From Podarcis bocagei (lineage: Eukaryota), in NCBI GenBank assembly GCA_964188305.1, contig OZ076886.1: 64,000 nt of DNA, one strand, 5' to 3'. This document shows, one piece after another, positions 11,638-24,045 of the stretch. The notes beneath the pieces were generated by a model. The model was not told the DNA's origin and searched no databases. It saw nothing but the letters and a program-made list of their open reading frames with translations. A program made the position numbers and the translations under genes. Position 1 is the stretch's first letter. Every line of letters begins with the position of its first letter.

Positions 11638-12537
11638 TTTCTATTGGCAAAGAGCATATAGTGTGAATTTACCAATTTAAGGTTACATTGGTATTTCTAG
11701 AGAGGTATTTTTACACTAGGAAAAAACCCCATGGAATTGTTTAATTTTCAGTACAACATTTCAAATTGGCTGAAAAGTAATTTTCCTTTAGGTATATTTT
11801 TCTAGAATACTAAGCCTGTAAGCATCAACTGATTCTCTGCACAAAGAGATTAGCAAAAATGACACAATATGCCTAGATTATTATCTAAATGTACTACAAG
11901 ACAGAACAGATTGTGTCCTTTCCTGGGTAAATTGTGTGAGCTGCTTTGTGTATATAATTATTATTCCCTTGCCATCTGATTTCCCTTTTCTAATATCACA
12001 GGATTAGAATATGGAATTCTTAAACTCTTTCTCTGTTGCCTAGGGCAGAGGCCAAATGCCATTTTTTATGATATATGTAAATTTTCTACTAATAACTAGA
12101 GGCTTCACACACAGCAACAGTCTTTGGAGCTGGCTTCGTTGCAACTTTCACTTCTTTTAGGTGATTCTTCAGACATTTTTGCTTAAAGTATTGCTGATGA
12201 AATAGACTTTTGCATTCTTTGGCATTATCAGGTATTTGTTAGCATCTAGACATATTTATTTGTGTCCCTTTGAATGCATACCTAGAAATAACACAGTTTA
12301 TCTACATGCTCTGTGCTACTTGGTTCTCCTGAAATGTACAGGAAAACATTTTGCGTGAAGCAGCCCTAAGCACTTGCCTAGTCAGACTGTGACAGTACCC
12401 TAAAATCCCTGGATTTCAAGGAGTGAGAGTTATTGGCTGATTGTCCGTATGTGAAGTTTAGTTAGCACATTTGGGTGCAATGGCTTGCCAACCCACCTTC
12501 AGTTTTATTTGGATGCACAACCATGCAGATTTGTGAT

Positions 12538-12607
12538 TGCCTGGCATGCTCTGGTCCATGAGGTCACGAAGAGTCGGACACAACTAAACAACAACAACAA
12601 CAACAAA
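12538..12607 (+). mobile_element. BovB (RTE) LINE 3' terminus
   Basis: gcctggcatgctctggtccatgaggtcacgaagagtcggacacaactaaac followed by a (CAA)n tail, the canonical BovB/RTE 3' end. Confidence 0.8.
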
Positions 12608-12934
12608 CATTTGCTATTGAGGGAAAGGTCTGCTATTAGTGACATCCTAGTCTTGGTCCCCTATTTTTTCACTGAAGTGGGTGTCTCCTCCAGCTGTTCC
12701 TAAGCTTGCATTTGGACATGGAAAGATGCATTATAACAGCTTTTGCTGAATATCACCCAGTTGGCATAGAACACTAACCATGACTTAGTGTGAACAAGCA
12801 AATGTGCAGGTTCCTAGATCATGTGAAGTGGGCCTTATCCTGTTCCTATCAACCCTCCACCCCACCCCTAGTCACTTTGGAGTTTAATCTTCTTAGACCT
12901 GTTATTCACAGTATCATTGCATCAATCTCTGCAG

Positions 12935-13013
12935 GCCTGGAGTGATCACAATGCAGGCGCTTTCTGAAGAAGATCGAAGGCTCTGGATGGAGGCCATGGA
13001 TGGCCGGGAACCG
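12935..13013 (+). CDS. ARHGAP26: ARHGAP26 internal coding exon (end of PH domain; about human exon 11)
   Basis: Acceptor atctctgcag|G, donor CCG|gtaaga. Encodes (R)[26 protein letters not shown], identical to the recalled GRAF1 sequence. 79 nt, phase 2 to 0. Confidence 0.97.
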
Positions 13014-13290
13014 GTAAGAAAGAGTGCTTGAATAAGAAAGGGTTTGGGTTTTTCTTGTAAATAACCCCTTTTGAGACTTTGATTAAATACTTGATGTAAT
13101 ACTTCATCTCCTGTGCTACTAGAATAGTGAGAAAGCTCTTGCTGTCAATGTTCCTGAGAAATTGCAGAACGTAGCCCAGAATAGTTCAAACATTGTCTTA
13201 ATGCTGCTGTAGAGAAGGAGGAGGGGAGGAACAAAAATCACAATACAGTATGCCATTTTTGAAACTTTCTGAAATCTGCCAAGACTGATA

Positions 13291-13656
13291 AGGTAAAGGT
13301 AAAGGTACCCCTGCCCGTACGGGCCAGTCTCGACAGACTCTAGGGTTGTGCGCTCATCTCACTCTAGAGGCTGGGAGCCAGCGCTGTCTGCAGACACTTC
13401 CGGGTCACGTGGCCAGTGTGACGAAGCTGCTCCGGCGAACCGGCACCAGAGCAGCACACAGAACACCGTTTACCTTCCCGCTAGAAAGTGGTACCTATTT
13501 ATCTACTTGCACTTAATTGTGCTTTCGAACTGCTAGGTGGGCAGGAGCTGGGACCGAATGACGGGAGCTCACCCCGCCACGGGGATTTGAACCGCCGACC
13601 ATGCGATCGGCAAGTCCTAGGCACTGAGGTTTTACCCACAGCGCCACCTGCGTCCC
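13291..13656 (-). mobile_element. Full-length Sauria SINE (Squam1), lacertid-like subfamily
   Basis: The reverse complement starts GGGACGCAGGTGGCGCTGTGGGTAAAA, has a B-box (GGTTCAAATCCC), the body ...GGGAAGGTAAACGG...GGCCACGTGACCCGGAAG and an (ACCTTT)n tail. Duplicated aagactgata at 13281-13290 and 13663-13672. Confidence 0.93.
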
Positions 13657-16600
13657 TTTCTGAAGACTGATAGGTCCACATTAAATTTCAGAACCTAATG
13701 TCTCCTAATGGATATGTATTACAGCCCATACAGTCTGCCATAGACACGTACAGCACTTATGCATATGCTCACAGGTGAAAAATGGTTTACTGTGAATATC
13801 CCTATTCCCCATGTAGTAATTAGACTTGTAGGGAGAAACCCTTCTGTTGGAGCCTGCATGGGTGAGGAAGAGGGGCTGCAGACTGCATAGGGAAACCTCA
13901 TGGCTCACTTCCACCCCATGAGCCATAGCTTTCCCACACCCAATGAAAGGGCTCAGGTCAATTGTGGCCTCACCCATTTACTGGACTTTTGTATCTTCCC
14001 CCCCTCTATAAATGTGTTCATTTGTTTTAATGCTGAAAGGCTGTTTATTAAGAAAAAAATGGAAGCAAATTGTTGTGCCATTGCGTCATATCTCTCTGTC
14101 TCCTTTCAAAATCCACAAAACCTTTTAATGGCCAGGGGAGGAATTGTTGCATTTAAGCTTTCAATTTGACCCCTGAGCTTTGAATATTCAGGGGAAACGT
14201 GCTTGAATCCCCCCCCCCATCACCTTTACAAAAATAAAAATGAGATTGTTGGAATGATATACTCTGTGCTTGATACCAGATTCTTCACTTGTATGATAGA
14301 CTTGCAGAACGCATACAACCCTGTTAGCAAACAATTTAAGTTGCCCCACTATTATAGTACAGGAAGCTGTGAAGATATGAATGACTTCAGGGGGACATTG
14401 TACAGCATATGTAGTTCTTCGAGAGCCACCCACACAAGCAGCTGGCACCTTGCTTACAGTAACATTCAGCAGAATTGCAGGCAGATAGCATTAGTGTCGA
14501 ACAAAGGAGTTCTCACTTTAAAAATTAAAAGACTAGATGGATATACAAAGCAGAAGCAAACCTCTCTGCAGGATGTCGGCCGCTGTGCTGACTTCACAAA
14601 AAGCACAATTGTATGAATGACATAATTTTTTAAAGCTGTAAATAGTGTGGAAAGAGTGAAGAGGGAAATTTCTGAGCATGGGTTCTCTCATATGCAAAGT
14701 AAACTAAGCAGGAAAAGGAAATGCATTGAAATCAGTCAGTTGTTCTGAAGCAATCCAAGTAATGTCTCTTCAGTATTAGAAATCAGCCAACTTGTGCACT
14801 CATTGAAACTGGTCTTGTGAGTGAGTGCTGAGCAGGGCATGGCTTTTGAGATTGTCCTATTAGGGAGTTTAGTATAGTACAGTGGTTGAAATATACAGAC
14901 TAGAAACACCTGGCTGATCCCTGCAAATGTATTGGGAGTCCTGATCAATTTACCTGGATATCTCCTTGACTTTAACTATGTAATATATCACTTAGTGAGC
15001 ATATGGTGTTCTAAGTAATATTTTTCTTGTGGACAGGGGAAGTACAGAAGAAGGGAAACAATGTCTGTTCTCAGCCAACCAAATATATTTGTTATATACC
15101 CTTATATGTATGTTGTCAGTAATATGAATTTGAATGTGCATAGGGCAGGTACTAGCTCTAATCACGTGTTACAAGCAATGGGAGGAGGATGTGGAGTTTC
15201 TCCAGATAGCCTTACACATTGCACCCACACTTAAAGGGCAGAAGTCTGCAGAGAAGTGGGGGTGCCTTCATGTGTATAGTACATCATACAGGGTTCTAGA
15301 TCATATGGAAACCTTCAAGTATATAGCTATAGTGCAAAGGCCCTCACCCTTTGTGCTGTATACACCATTTCTTTCATCTTCACCAGTTGTGTTTTAATTT
15401 AAGGTTAGCAATATACATTGAATTCTTTCCAACTTCCCTATATTCTGTGGGGCATCTAACTGAAGAATAACAGCAGGCTTAGATCCAGTGTTGCCTTTCT
15501 GTGAATAGAAAACTTCAGTTTGTGGAGAAGGGTCTTTAGCTTAGTAGAGGCTCCTTCTGAGGTCCAGTGAGAGACGATTTTGGCTGATCCCTCCCTTCCT
15601 CATTTCAGCATGCTGAACTACCTCCCACCCTGCTCAGTAGGACTCCTCTAAGCTTCCAGATCTCTAAATTAAAATTGTTGTTGTTGTTAGGCTAATAATA
15701 ATAAAATATGTCTGAGTAAAATTCAAGTTACACTGGTTTTTTTGCCTAATAATTCTATTCATATGCCGCTTTTCCACAATGAGTTACACTCAGAGTCGCT
15801 TACAACAAATGTCCACTTATTGTCAAAATACAACACTGGGGGCTATAAATCAGTGTACAAAATGTATCAAGATTTTTTGGGGGACAAAATCAACAATTCA
15901 ACGAACACGGACTAAATTCAAACTACAAGGAGATAATCTGAACTTTATTTTTGTTTTGATCCGTACTTAGATATTTTCTTTTAAAACATAAATACAATTC
16001 AGAGGGGGAAGGGGTATTCTCTGAGCTCTGGGATTCACAGCTGACTCTCTCATCTGTCCTCTAGAGGAGGGTAGAAGTATCAAGGCGGCCAGTACTGGTC
16101 TCACTGGCAACTTAATAGAAGCTTTTATATAAACAACAGTGACGTATTCCAGAATATTCTGAGTAAAAGAATAAGTAGTACTGTTTGTTTGGTCAAAATG
16201 TAGCAAAGCAATTTCCCCTGCTCTGAGATTCTCATTGCCTGTCTCCAAATGTGCTCAGAGCATTGTGTCCCTTAGCTGCTGACCATCGTATTTACACGTC
16301 TCTGCATGCTGATGGTGAGCTGCTGAGTCCTGATTCACCAGGCCCTGTAAAGTTCAAATTAGTCACCTAAACCAAAAGCCTTTATTGATTCCGAAAGCAA
16401 TGCTAATTGCAACATAAACAATGGATAACCTTATGAAATAAAGGAAATGAAGAAAACTTACAAAACAGCTATGCTTTCTGTGGCAATAAGTAACTGTCTG
16501 CTGAAAAGTATGAAAATCCCTAGTGCACATACAGCAAACCATGAGCTGTTACATATTTTTAATTTATAATTTTTTGCACCTTGTTTCTCCCAGCAAATAC

Positions 16601-17023
16601 ACCAAACTATTCAGACATACTGTTAACGTGGATATATCTGCACTAGAGCCAGCAGAAGCCAGGAGAGGAACCAAACATACAGATTAATATTCTAATAGCA
16701 CAGGATACCAAGAGCCTCAATTTCCCAGAACTCCCTCATGTGAAACCTGAGGTCAGCAGTTATCGGTAGATCAGCAGATAATGCTAATTGCATACAGTTT
16801 GCGATAGCTGCAAAAGAAACTACCTGTTTAAAGCTTACTCTCAGGAAGTGCTTGTTTGTGCAAACTACCGCAGGACCACATAAGTTTTTCATTCCCTAAG
16901 GAGTGCCATTGTCCACCACCAATATCATGCATGATTATTGTGAATGAGATCAATGGTGCTGGGCATCCTTGATTATTTTTGATGGCAACAGACTACTCTA
17001 TCATATTACTATTTTAGTCCATT

Positions 17024-17201
17024 CATAGCTTAGCGGTAGACCATTTGCCTTCACATGCAGAAGGTCCCAGATTCACTCCTTGTTATCTCCAGGTAGAGTG
17101 GGAAGGTAGCTTGTATGGAATCCTAGAGAGCTTTTGCCAGTTCAAGTTGACAGTACTGAGCTGAATGGCCTGACTCTATCTACAGCAGCTTTCTGTGTTC
17201 C
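17024..17201 (+). mobile_element. tRNA(Ala)-derived lizard SINE (Squam3-like)
   Basis: Head catagcttagcggtagaccatttgccttcacatgcagaaggtcccag, body gagagc..gccagt..gttgacagtactgagct..cagctttctgtgttcct. At least six copies in the window. Confidence 0.75.
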
Positions 17202-17404
17202 TTTGTATTTTCTTTGATGGGTTATGCTTCTTCTCTGGTTTTGGAAGATATAAGGCATGGGAAAGGGAATTATTTGAAAATAGCATACTTACTATAGATG
17301 AGGTGAATCTATGTAGCATAGTCAGCTACATGACTGGTGTGTGTTCAATTAACATGGGAATTGTTTTTTTAAAAAAATTCTTAAGTGGAGGGATGGTGTA
17401 GTAA

Positions 17405-17770
17405 TTTAATTAATTAAAATACTTTCGTCCTGCCTTTTGTTCAAAAGGCCCCCATGGCTCCAGAGCCAGCATCAGAAGAAAACAGCAGAGACAAAAAACC
17501 AACCTCTCCACACGAGAGGACATGGAGTAGTGTGCAAAATCTCAGCAGGGATCAGAGAAACTCAAAGGTTCTTTGAAAAGAAGCTGTCTTTGCCAGCCAC
17601 CTGAACGATGATAGAGAAATAGCAAGCTGAGCCTCATTTGGCAGGGAGATCCAAAGATTCAGTGCTGATGTTGAATGCCCTGTTCCAAGTAGTCCCTCAC
17701 TGGATTATTCCTGGCTGAGGGGCTCTGAAAAAGACTTTGAATCATATAGGCAAAGGCAATCCTGACCAAC
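17405..17770 (-). mobile_element. Decayed L2-like LINE 3' fragment
   Basis: gaaaagaagctgtctttgccagccacctgaa...ggcagggagatccaaag resembles the reverse of the L2 LWNSLP...FK..LKT.LF region. Heavily degenerate. Confidence 0.45.
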
Positions 17771-20700
17771 AGTGGCGTTTGTTTCTCTAAGCGAGGTTGA
17801 ATCAAGAGATTCAGCTAGCCTTCTGCTCTTAACTGCTTTGATTAAACCAGGAATATCAAAGCAGCAACACCGAATCTTGTTACAGAAATCTCAGGGTGTC
17901 AAGGAGAGCTCAGTTCCAACATCTACCCAAGTTTTTATGTGATGCATTTATATTTAAGTGTGCTTTTTATCTAAGGTTTTACATATAATCCCTTTCTGTT
18001 CAGAGCCTCTGGATGAGGATGGGATATTTCTCTCAGACTTGCTTCATATATTATGTCAGAAAAACAGGTGCTAAATGCATGTATCATGTGAAGCCACAAC
18101 CTTAAGAGTTCCCTACAACATTTGCCTGTGGTGCATATGAGTTTGGAAATACAAATATGATGTTATTTACCACATCTAGTCCTCGTACATGCAGAAAAAG
18201 TATGAAGCGCCCCATGTTGACTGGTCCAGTGGAATAAAATCTTCCTACTTATTCAGCTGCAAGCACTCTGGCCTGTTGATCTTTTGAGGGCCGGGAAAGA
18301 AGCTCGATCCAAACAGCTGTAGAATGTAGACTGATGAAATGAGGCTTGTGGGTTAAGCACAAAATGGAGGCAGCAGAGTAGTGTTCACAGTGACTGCTGT
18401 GTAGGCTTTTGTCCACTAGATGGTGAAGTGAGACTTTCTGGTTGCTTACGTTGATGTCTTGTCCTGAACCACGTGAGAGCTCTGGTGTTGGGCAGAATTC
18501 AGTAGCTTTAATATATGTATTTTATAAGGTCTCTTTCTCCCACAGTTTTAGTATCTTATAGCTTTAAAAGGAGGCTGAAGCAAAACACTGGGGTCAAATT
18601 GGGTCCACCTGATTTGTGTTTAAACCCTTGATGTGATTGAGGAAAACGAGTGTATAGAAAAGTGCCACGTATTGATGAATCCCATTCCTTCCAGCCTCCT
18701 TCGTCACAATGTCAGCGCCAAATGGGTATTGCTAATGCCTCCTGCGAGAGATGGAGGAGCCCTCCTGCCTTCTCCAGCCCCAGGAATCTCCACTGAGTAT
18801 TTTGTATAAATGCTCCACTTGCAAAGCTTGCCCCCACCGCCAGTTTTGCCTCTTGAGTAATGATCAAACAGTGACAGATGAGAACAGACTACTTGTGTGC
18901 ACAGCTGCCAGCCCATCCCTGTGTAGCGTGTTTTCTCTGCAAGCCAGACCTCTTCAACATTTTTTTTAATAAAATCCTTCTGTCGCTATTGGAAGTTAAA
19001 TTTTCTACTCTTGCTCTTACTGCCCTGGTTTTACTCTCTGTGACAGAGCCACTTCATTTGCCTAGCATCTGCAGCACAGACAAAATACACAACAAAACCA
19101 AAATATTGGGGGAAACCACAAACTCCTGCAGAAGCGGGGGGACGATCTTCACCCTTCTTTAAAGTGCCTAATTATTTTCAGTCCCTTTGCGATTGTCAAA
19201 ACTTCCTAGATTGGGATTTTTTCTTCCCTGTGCTTATTTTCCTATGATAGATGCCCCCCCACCCCTTCGCCTTCTCAGTTCTTTTGTGCATGTCCCCTCC
19301 TCTTCCCCAGCCCCTCCTGCCAACCATGTTCCTACCCATTCCCTTATTCAACCTAGCTTTGTTTTTGCCGGAATAAGTTGAAGTGTTGGCAGTATAAAGT
19401 TTGCTTGGTATAAGAAGCTGATGCTGATTTCTTTTTTCCATGGAACCTCACCCCTCACTGGTTTAAAGAAGCAGCAATGAGAACTGGGCTCTGTGGATAC
19501 AGACGCTGTTAGGCTTGTATGTTTCCATGGTGATCTGTTGTCGCCATACTAATGACTTTCAACTCTTCTCCGGTGTTTTTGTAGCTTCCCAGGTTGCTAA
19601 ACGATCTCTTTTTATTTTCCTTTCACTGAGCATAACAAATGCGATTCTTTTAACATGACCCAAACATGACGTGCGTGTTTTGATTAGGGTCATACTTCAA
19701 ATTTCTTTAAATAAATCTGGGCTGACATTTGGTTGATTTGTACAGGGCAGTAATTCATAATTCCCAGGCCCCCATGGCGTAAGCATGGTGTGGCGTGTGA
19801 GATTTATCTCTCAAAGTGGATTAGAAATCCAGAGGCTAAAAATGGGTGTAGAACAGTAGGCAATATACTAGCTTTGGGGACAATCTACAGTGACACTGAG
19901 GGTTTCAGGAGTAGATTTCTGAATGTAAGCAGTTGTTTGAAGATAGCCTTTCTCTTTAAGGGGATCTGTGCATTCATCTATTTATTCAGCATTGTTTATA
20001 CCCCCGTAACAAAAATCTGCTGTACCAGTGAAACCTGATGCATCCATAATTGGTAACATCCTGCAAGCTTCTGTGCTGCTGTCTCATCCTCCTTCATTTT
20101 CAAATGTGTGCACTCATTTCTCCTTCCTCCTTTCTATTACATGCAAATTCTCACCCACTTTTCATTTTCAAAGCTAAACATGGGTAATGTTCTATCTGTA
20201 TAGGTGATTTCTGTAACCGTAGTTAGCACAAACCACAGTTTGCTAACTCGTTTTAATCAGCATTGCAAACTGGTTTGAAACTTAAGTGTTAATAAAAAGA
20301 GCAGTGTGGTTACTTCAATAATGAGAGGTGGGGACAGGTGACAAAGAAGAGGTAGATGTGAACCTGCAAGGTGCTCTTGATCTCGTAACTATGCTTAGTC
20401 AATGAGAAAGTATTATGTCAATACTGGACCTAGCTGGAATACATTCCAAAAACCACGTTTGTATGCGGGGGGGGGGGGGGGTAAGCCTTAATTATGTTTT
20501 ATTTTCAAGCTGGATGTAATATTGACAGAATGGAAAACTATTTTTTCCTGTCATAAATAAACATTAATATTATGACTATGGCTGCTGCTACAGCTGATTG
20601 ATTTTAGTTCCACAGTATTCCCAGTCCTTACCCAGACATATTGGATTGGACCAAAGGAAGCAAGAATGATGATATGAACTCAAAATACAATGCAGTATGG

Positions 20701-20929
20701 CAGATCAAAAGTTTACCTCAGCCAGGGTATTAGTTTGGCTGTTACTCAGAGTAATTTTCACTTGAAACAAAGAGCTGATCCCACACATCCAATGTGAAGT
20801 TCACATCCATCAAGACAACATGTTTCCCAATAGTCTGAAGTTCCCAGATCTCAGCCTGGCTTTTCCTTTCTTTATGTGCTAACTTGGAGCATTCCTTCGG
20901 GTTTCAAGAGAGAACAAAAATGGGTAGAG

Positions 20930-21420
20930 GGGGACATGATAGCACTTTATAAAACTATGCACACTGTGGAGAAAGAGGATCAATATATTTTTGTCTCTCT
21001 TTCTCACAGTATTACTTATCTTATTTATATCCTTCCCTAATGTTACTTCCAATAATGGCCCTTGTGGTTACTCAGTGACATTAATTGACTGGAGATTCAG
21101 GTCAGACAAGAGAGAGGAGTTCAAAATTGCACGCAATTAATTTCTGGAAGTTGCTGCCCCAAGATGTAGTGATGGCTACCAGTGCATATAGCTTTAAAAG
21201 GGGATTAGGTAAATTCGTAGAGGATAAGGCCATCAGCGGCTTTTAGTCATTATGGCTATATTTAATCTCCAGGATCAGAGGCAGTATGTCAGTGAATACC
21301 TGTTGCTGGTGTCCTCTTGAACTGCTTGTCGGCTTCTTTCTCATGCCCACCCCGCTGGCAAATGTGGGCAACAGGGTGCTAAGAATGGAGCTTTTGATTA
21401 GATCCTACTCAAGCAGAGAC
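20930..21420 (+). mobile_element. CR1 LINE 3' fragment
   Basis: gggacatgatagcactttataaa...gattcaggtcagacaag...gctgccccaagatgtagtgatggc...gctttaaaaggggattaggtaaattcgtagaggataaggccatca. Confidence 0.75.
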
Positions 21421-21459
21421 CATTTGGATGTGACTGTGGTGTATTTGTGTGTGTGGAAT

Positions 21460-21519
21460 TCACCAGAGTTGAAATATTCAACTGCCAATCACCAGAGTTG
21501 AAATATTCAACTGCCAATC
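21460..21519. repeat. Perfect 29-bp tandem duplication
   Basis: tcaccagagttgaaatattcaactgccaa twice (21460-21488, 21489-21517), plus tc. Confidence 0.95.
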
Positions 21520-23288
21520 TAGCCAGAGGAATGAGGGGCACACCATTTAATCCATTACATCAGGAAGCAAAATGTATTGGGCCTTGCAGGATACGTAACA
21601 GTTGCTGTTCTAATGTGTTCTAAGTTGTTCTTGTTGAACTCAAACAGAATCTTGATCCCCAGCCTGAGTATTGTATGAAAGCTTGATGCCGAATTGACTA
21701 GGACAGTTGAGAAAGTCATGGACGCTTTATTTTCCTATCCGTTTCATGGCATTTCTGCAGCATGTCCCCCTACCTAAGATGCTCGCTGCACTTGTGTGCG
21801 GGATCAACACCATCTTATCAAGATATCAAAACATGCCAGAAATGTGATGACCATTTCTTCCTCGTAGTATGCTTCTTATTCTCTCTTGCTGTGCTGGGGG
21901 CGAGCTCTATTCAGCCTAGTGAACCCCACCTGCTCTAATAGCCTCCAACAAGGTACTGAAATAGAGATGAGATTAACAGGTATTCTAGATGCCTGAAAAA
22001 TGTTTCCTCAAATGTTCTGAAAGACAGGCAAGAAAGGACAAAGATTGTTGGACTTGGTTGCATATCGCTGAACCAGCACCCTTGTCACAGTTCCTGATTG
22101 GCCAGGAGAAACCAAAGAAGGTTTCCAATAAAAAATCACTGCAGAGTGAAATTCCAAATTGACCTTTTCAGTATACACACTCAGTGTGAAAATGCTCTAA
22201 AAATAACTTATGTATAAGCTTGTGCTTGCACATATGCAGACACAGTATTTTTTCAGATTTATTTCAGGGGATAACAAAAGATCCACAACAATTTGCACAA
22301 TAATATTTCATCTATATAAATCACCTTGCAAAAATAGATTAGATTTAGGATAAACAGTGATTATTTATTGCTATTATTTATGTCAGCTGAGCGTCACAGG
22401 GCAGTTTACAATATAGAAACACAAAAATACGTAACGTAGTAACAAACAGAAGCAATACTTCCCCACACAATGACAATAATGTAATAGAGGAAGAAAAATA
22501 AATTAAAATTTGACAACTATGACATATATGACTTATAATATTCTGATCATCCAAACAGCAAGAGCTTAATTTTGTCACTTCTAGCAGTATATTAATGCAA
22601 AATATTTTAATTCAAATTATTTCCCAATAGTATGCCATCACTCAGATGCATGTGGAATAGAATAGGGTTGCATTGCGTTGTGTTTTCAATCATCTAAGCA
22701 GTGGATTTTTTAATTTTAATTTTTAAAAGGTCCCATTTCCCAAAGAATAATTTGGTTTGCTGCCTCCCTTCTCTAACACATCATATTTGTGAGTTTAAGT
22801 GAATAACTCAGGCACAGTAATTTTTAATAAGTAGCTGAGGTGCAAAGGATCGTAAAGCAGCATCTAAACGTTTCCAAGCCGTAAGCGTGCATAAACCTTT
22901 TAAATCTTGGTGTTCCCTTCTGACATTCTTCTTTTGGAACTTGCTAGCTTTGCATGGGTTGCTTTTGGCAAAGTCTCTAGTGAACGGTTTTTGTGTCTGG
23001 GCAAGTGAGACAGCGCTCACAGCCTTCACCATCATTATTAATTGCTGTCCTTCTGTGATTTGTCATTGTTCTTTCCTCCCTATTCTCTTCCAAACACTTT
23101 GGCTTTGGAGTTTGTTTTTGTAAGAGGTAAAGGAAGAAGCTTTTGTAGATTTACATCATCTTGTATGAAGTTGGTGAGCTTTTTCCTGTTGGAACTAATC
23201 TGCCTTTTTTGAATTAGTTGCTCCCTCCCTTCCTCCCTCCAACTGGAATTTCTGTTCCTTTTCATGGTATTTTCTCTCACCCACTTTA

Positions 23289-23358
23289 ACACACACACAC
23301 ACACACACAGAGAGAGAGCGAGAGCGAGCGAGCGAGAGAGAGAGAGAGAGAGAGAGAG
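23289..23358. repeat. Compound (CA)n(GA/GAGC)n microsatellite
   Basis: Read directly. Confidence 0.9.
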
Positions 23359-23766
23359 CGCATAGTCATTCCAGTTCAGTGCTCCAAATCACTGTTTTCC
23401 CTCCTCTCTATTGTTGTGGTTTTTCTTCCCTTTCTGTTTGTTTAATTTAGCTTGTCTGGCCCAAACAACCCACTGAACTTTGCCTGAACTTCAGATTCAG
23501 CCTGCACAGGTGCTTCTGCTTGCTTATAGGCTGATTAGATCTGGAACACCTTATTTGCTGACAGTGCAAATATAAACAGCATTGTGTGTTGGGTTTGCAT
23601 TTTGACAGCTCTGCTGGAAAAGGAGGTCACAATGATGGGTACCTCATTCTGTGCATGGTAAATTAGTAAACAACATCTGGCTCTGCCATCTGATTCCTCC
23701 CCTCCCCTGTATTTCATTTGCCTCTCATAATCGGGCTGCACTGAAATTGTAGGAAAATAGAAGATG

Positions 23767-24045
23767 TGGTAATTGGCACCAACTTTGGATGGCTTTAAAA
23801 GGAGCCTAGACAAATTCTTGGAGAATCAGACTATCAATGGCTATTGGCCACGATGGCTGTGCGCTACCTCCATATCGGCAGTGGTATGCCTCCCAATGCC
23901 AGTTTCTAGGAATCACACGTGGGAAGAGTGTTGCTGCCCTCAGGTCCTCCTTGTGGGCTTCCCACAGGCACCTGGTTAGCAGCTTTGAGAACACAATGTT
24001 GGACTAAATGGGCCGTTGGCTTTATCCAGTGGGGCTCTTATGTTA
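23767..24045 (+). mobile_element. CR1 LINE 3' end
   Basis: ORF remnant APTLDGFKRSLDKFLENQTINGY is the CR1 ORF2 C-terminus. It is followed by a 3'UTR ending ggactaaatgggcc...ctcttatgtt. Confidence 0.82.

Noticed and set aside
14203-14616. 137-aa ORF as a nested gene
   Set aside because: It starts at TTG, has no recognisable domain or exon structure, and its length is compatible with chance.
21460-21519. CRISPR-like palindromic direct repeat
   Set aside because: Only two adjacent units, no spacer, no cas genes, and a eukaryotic intron context.
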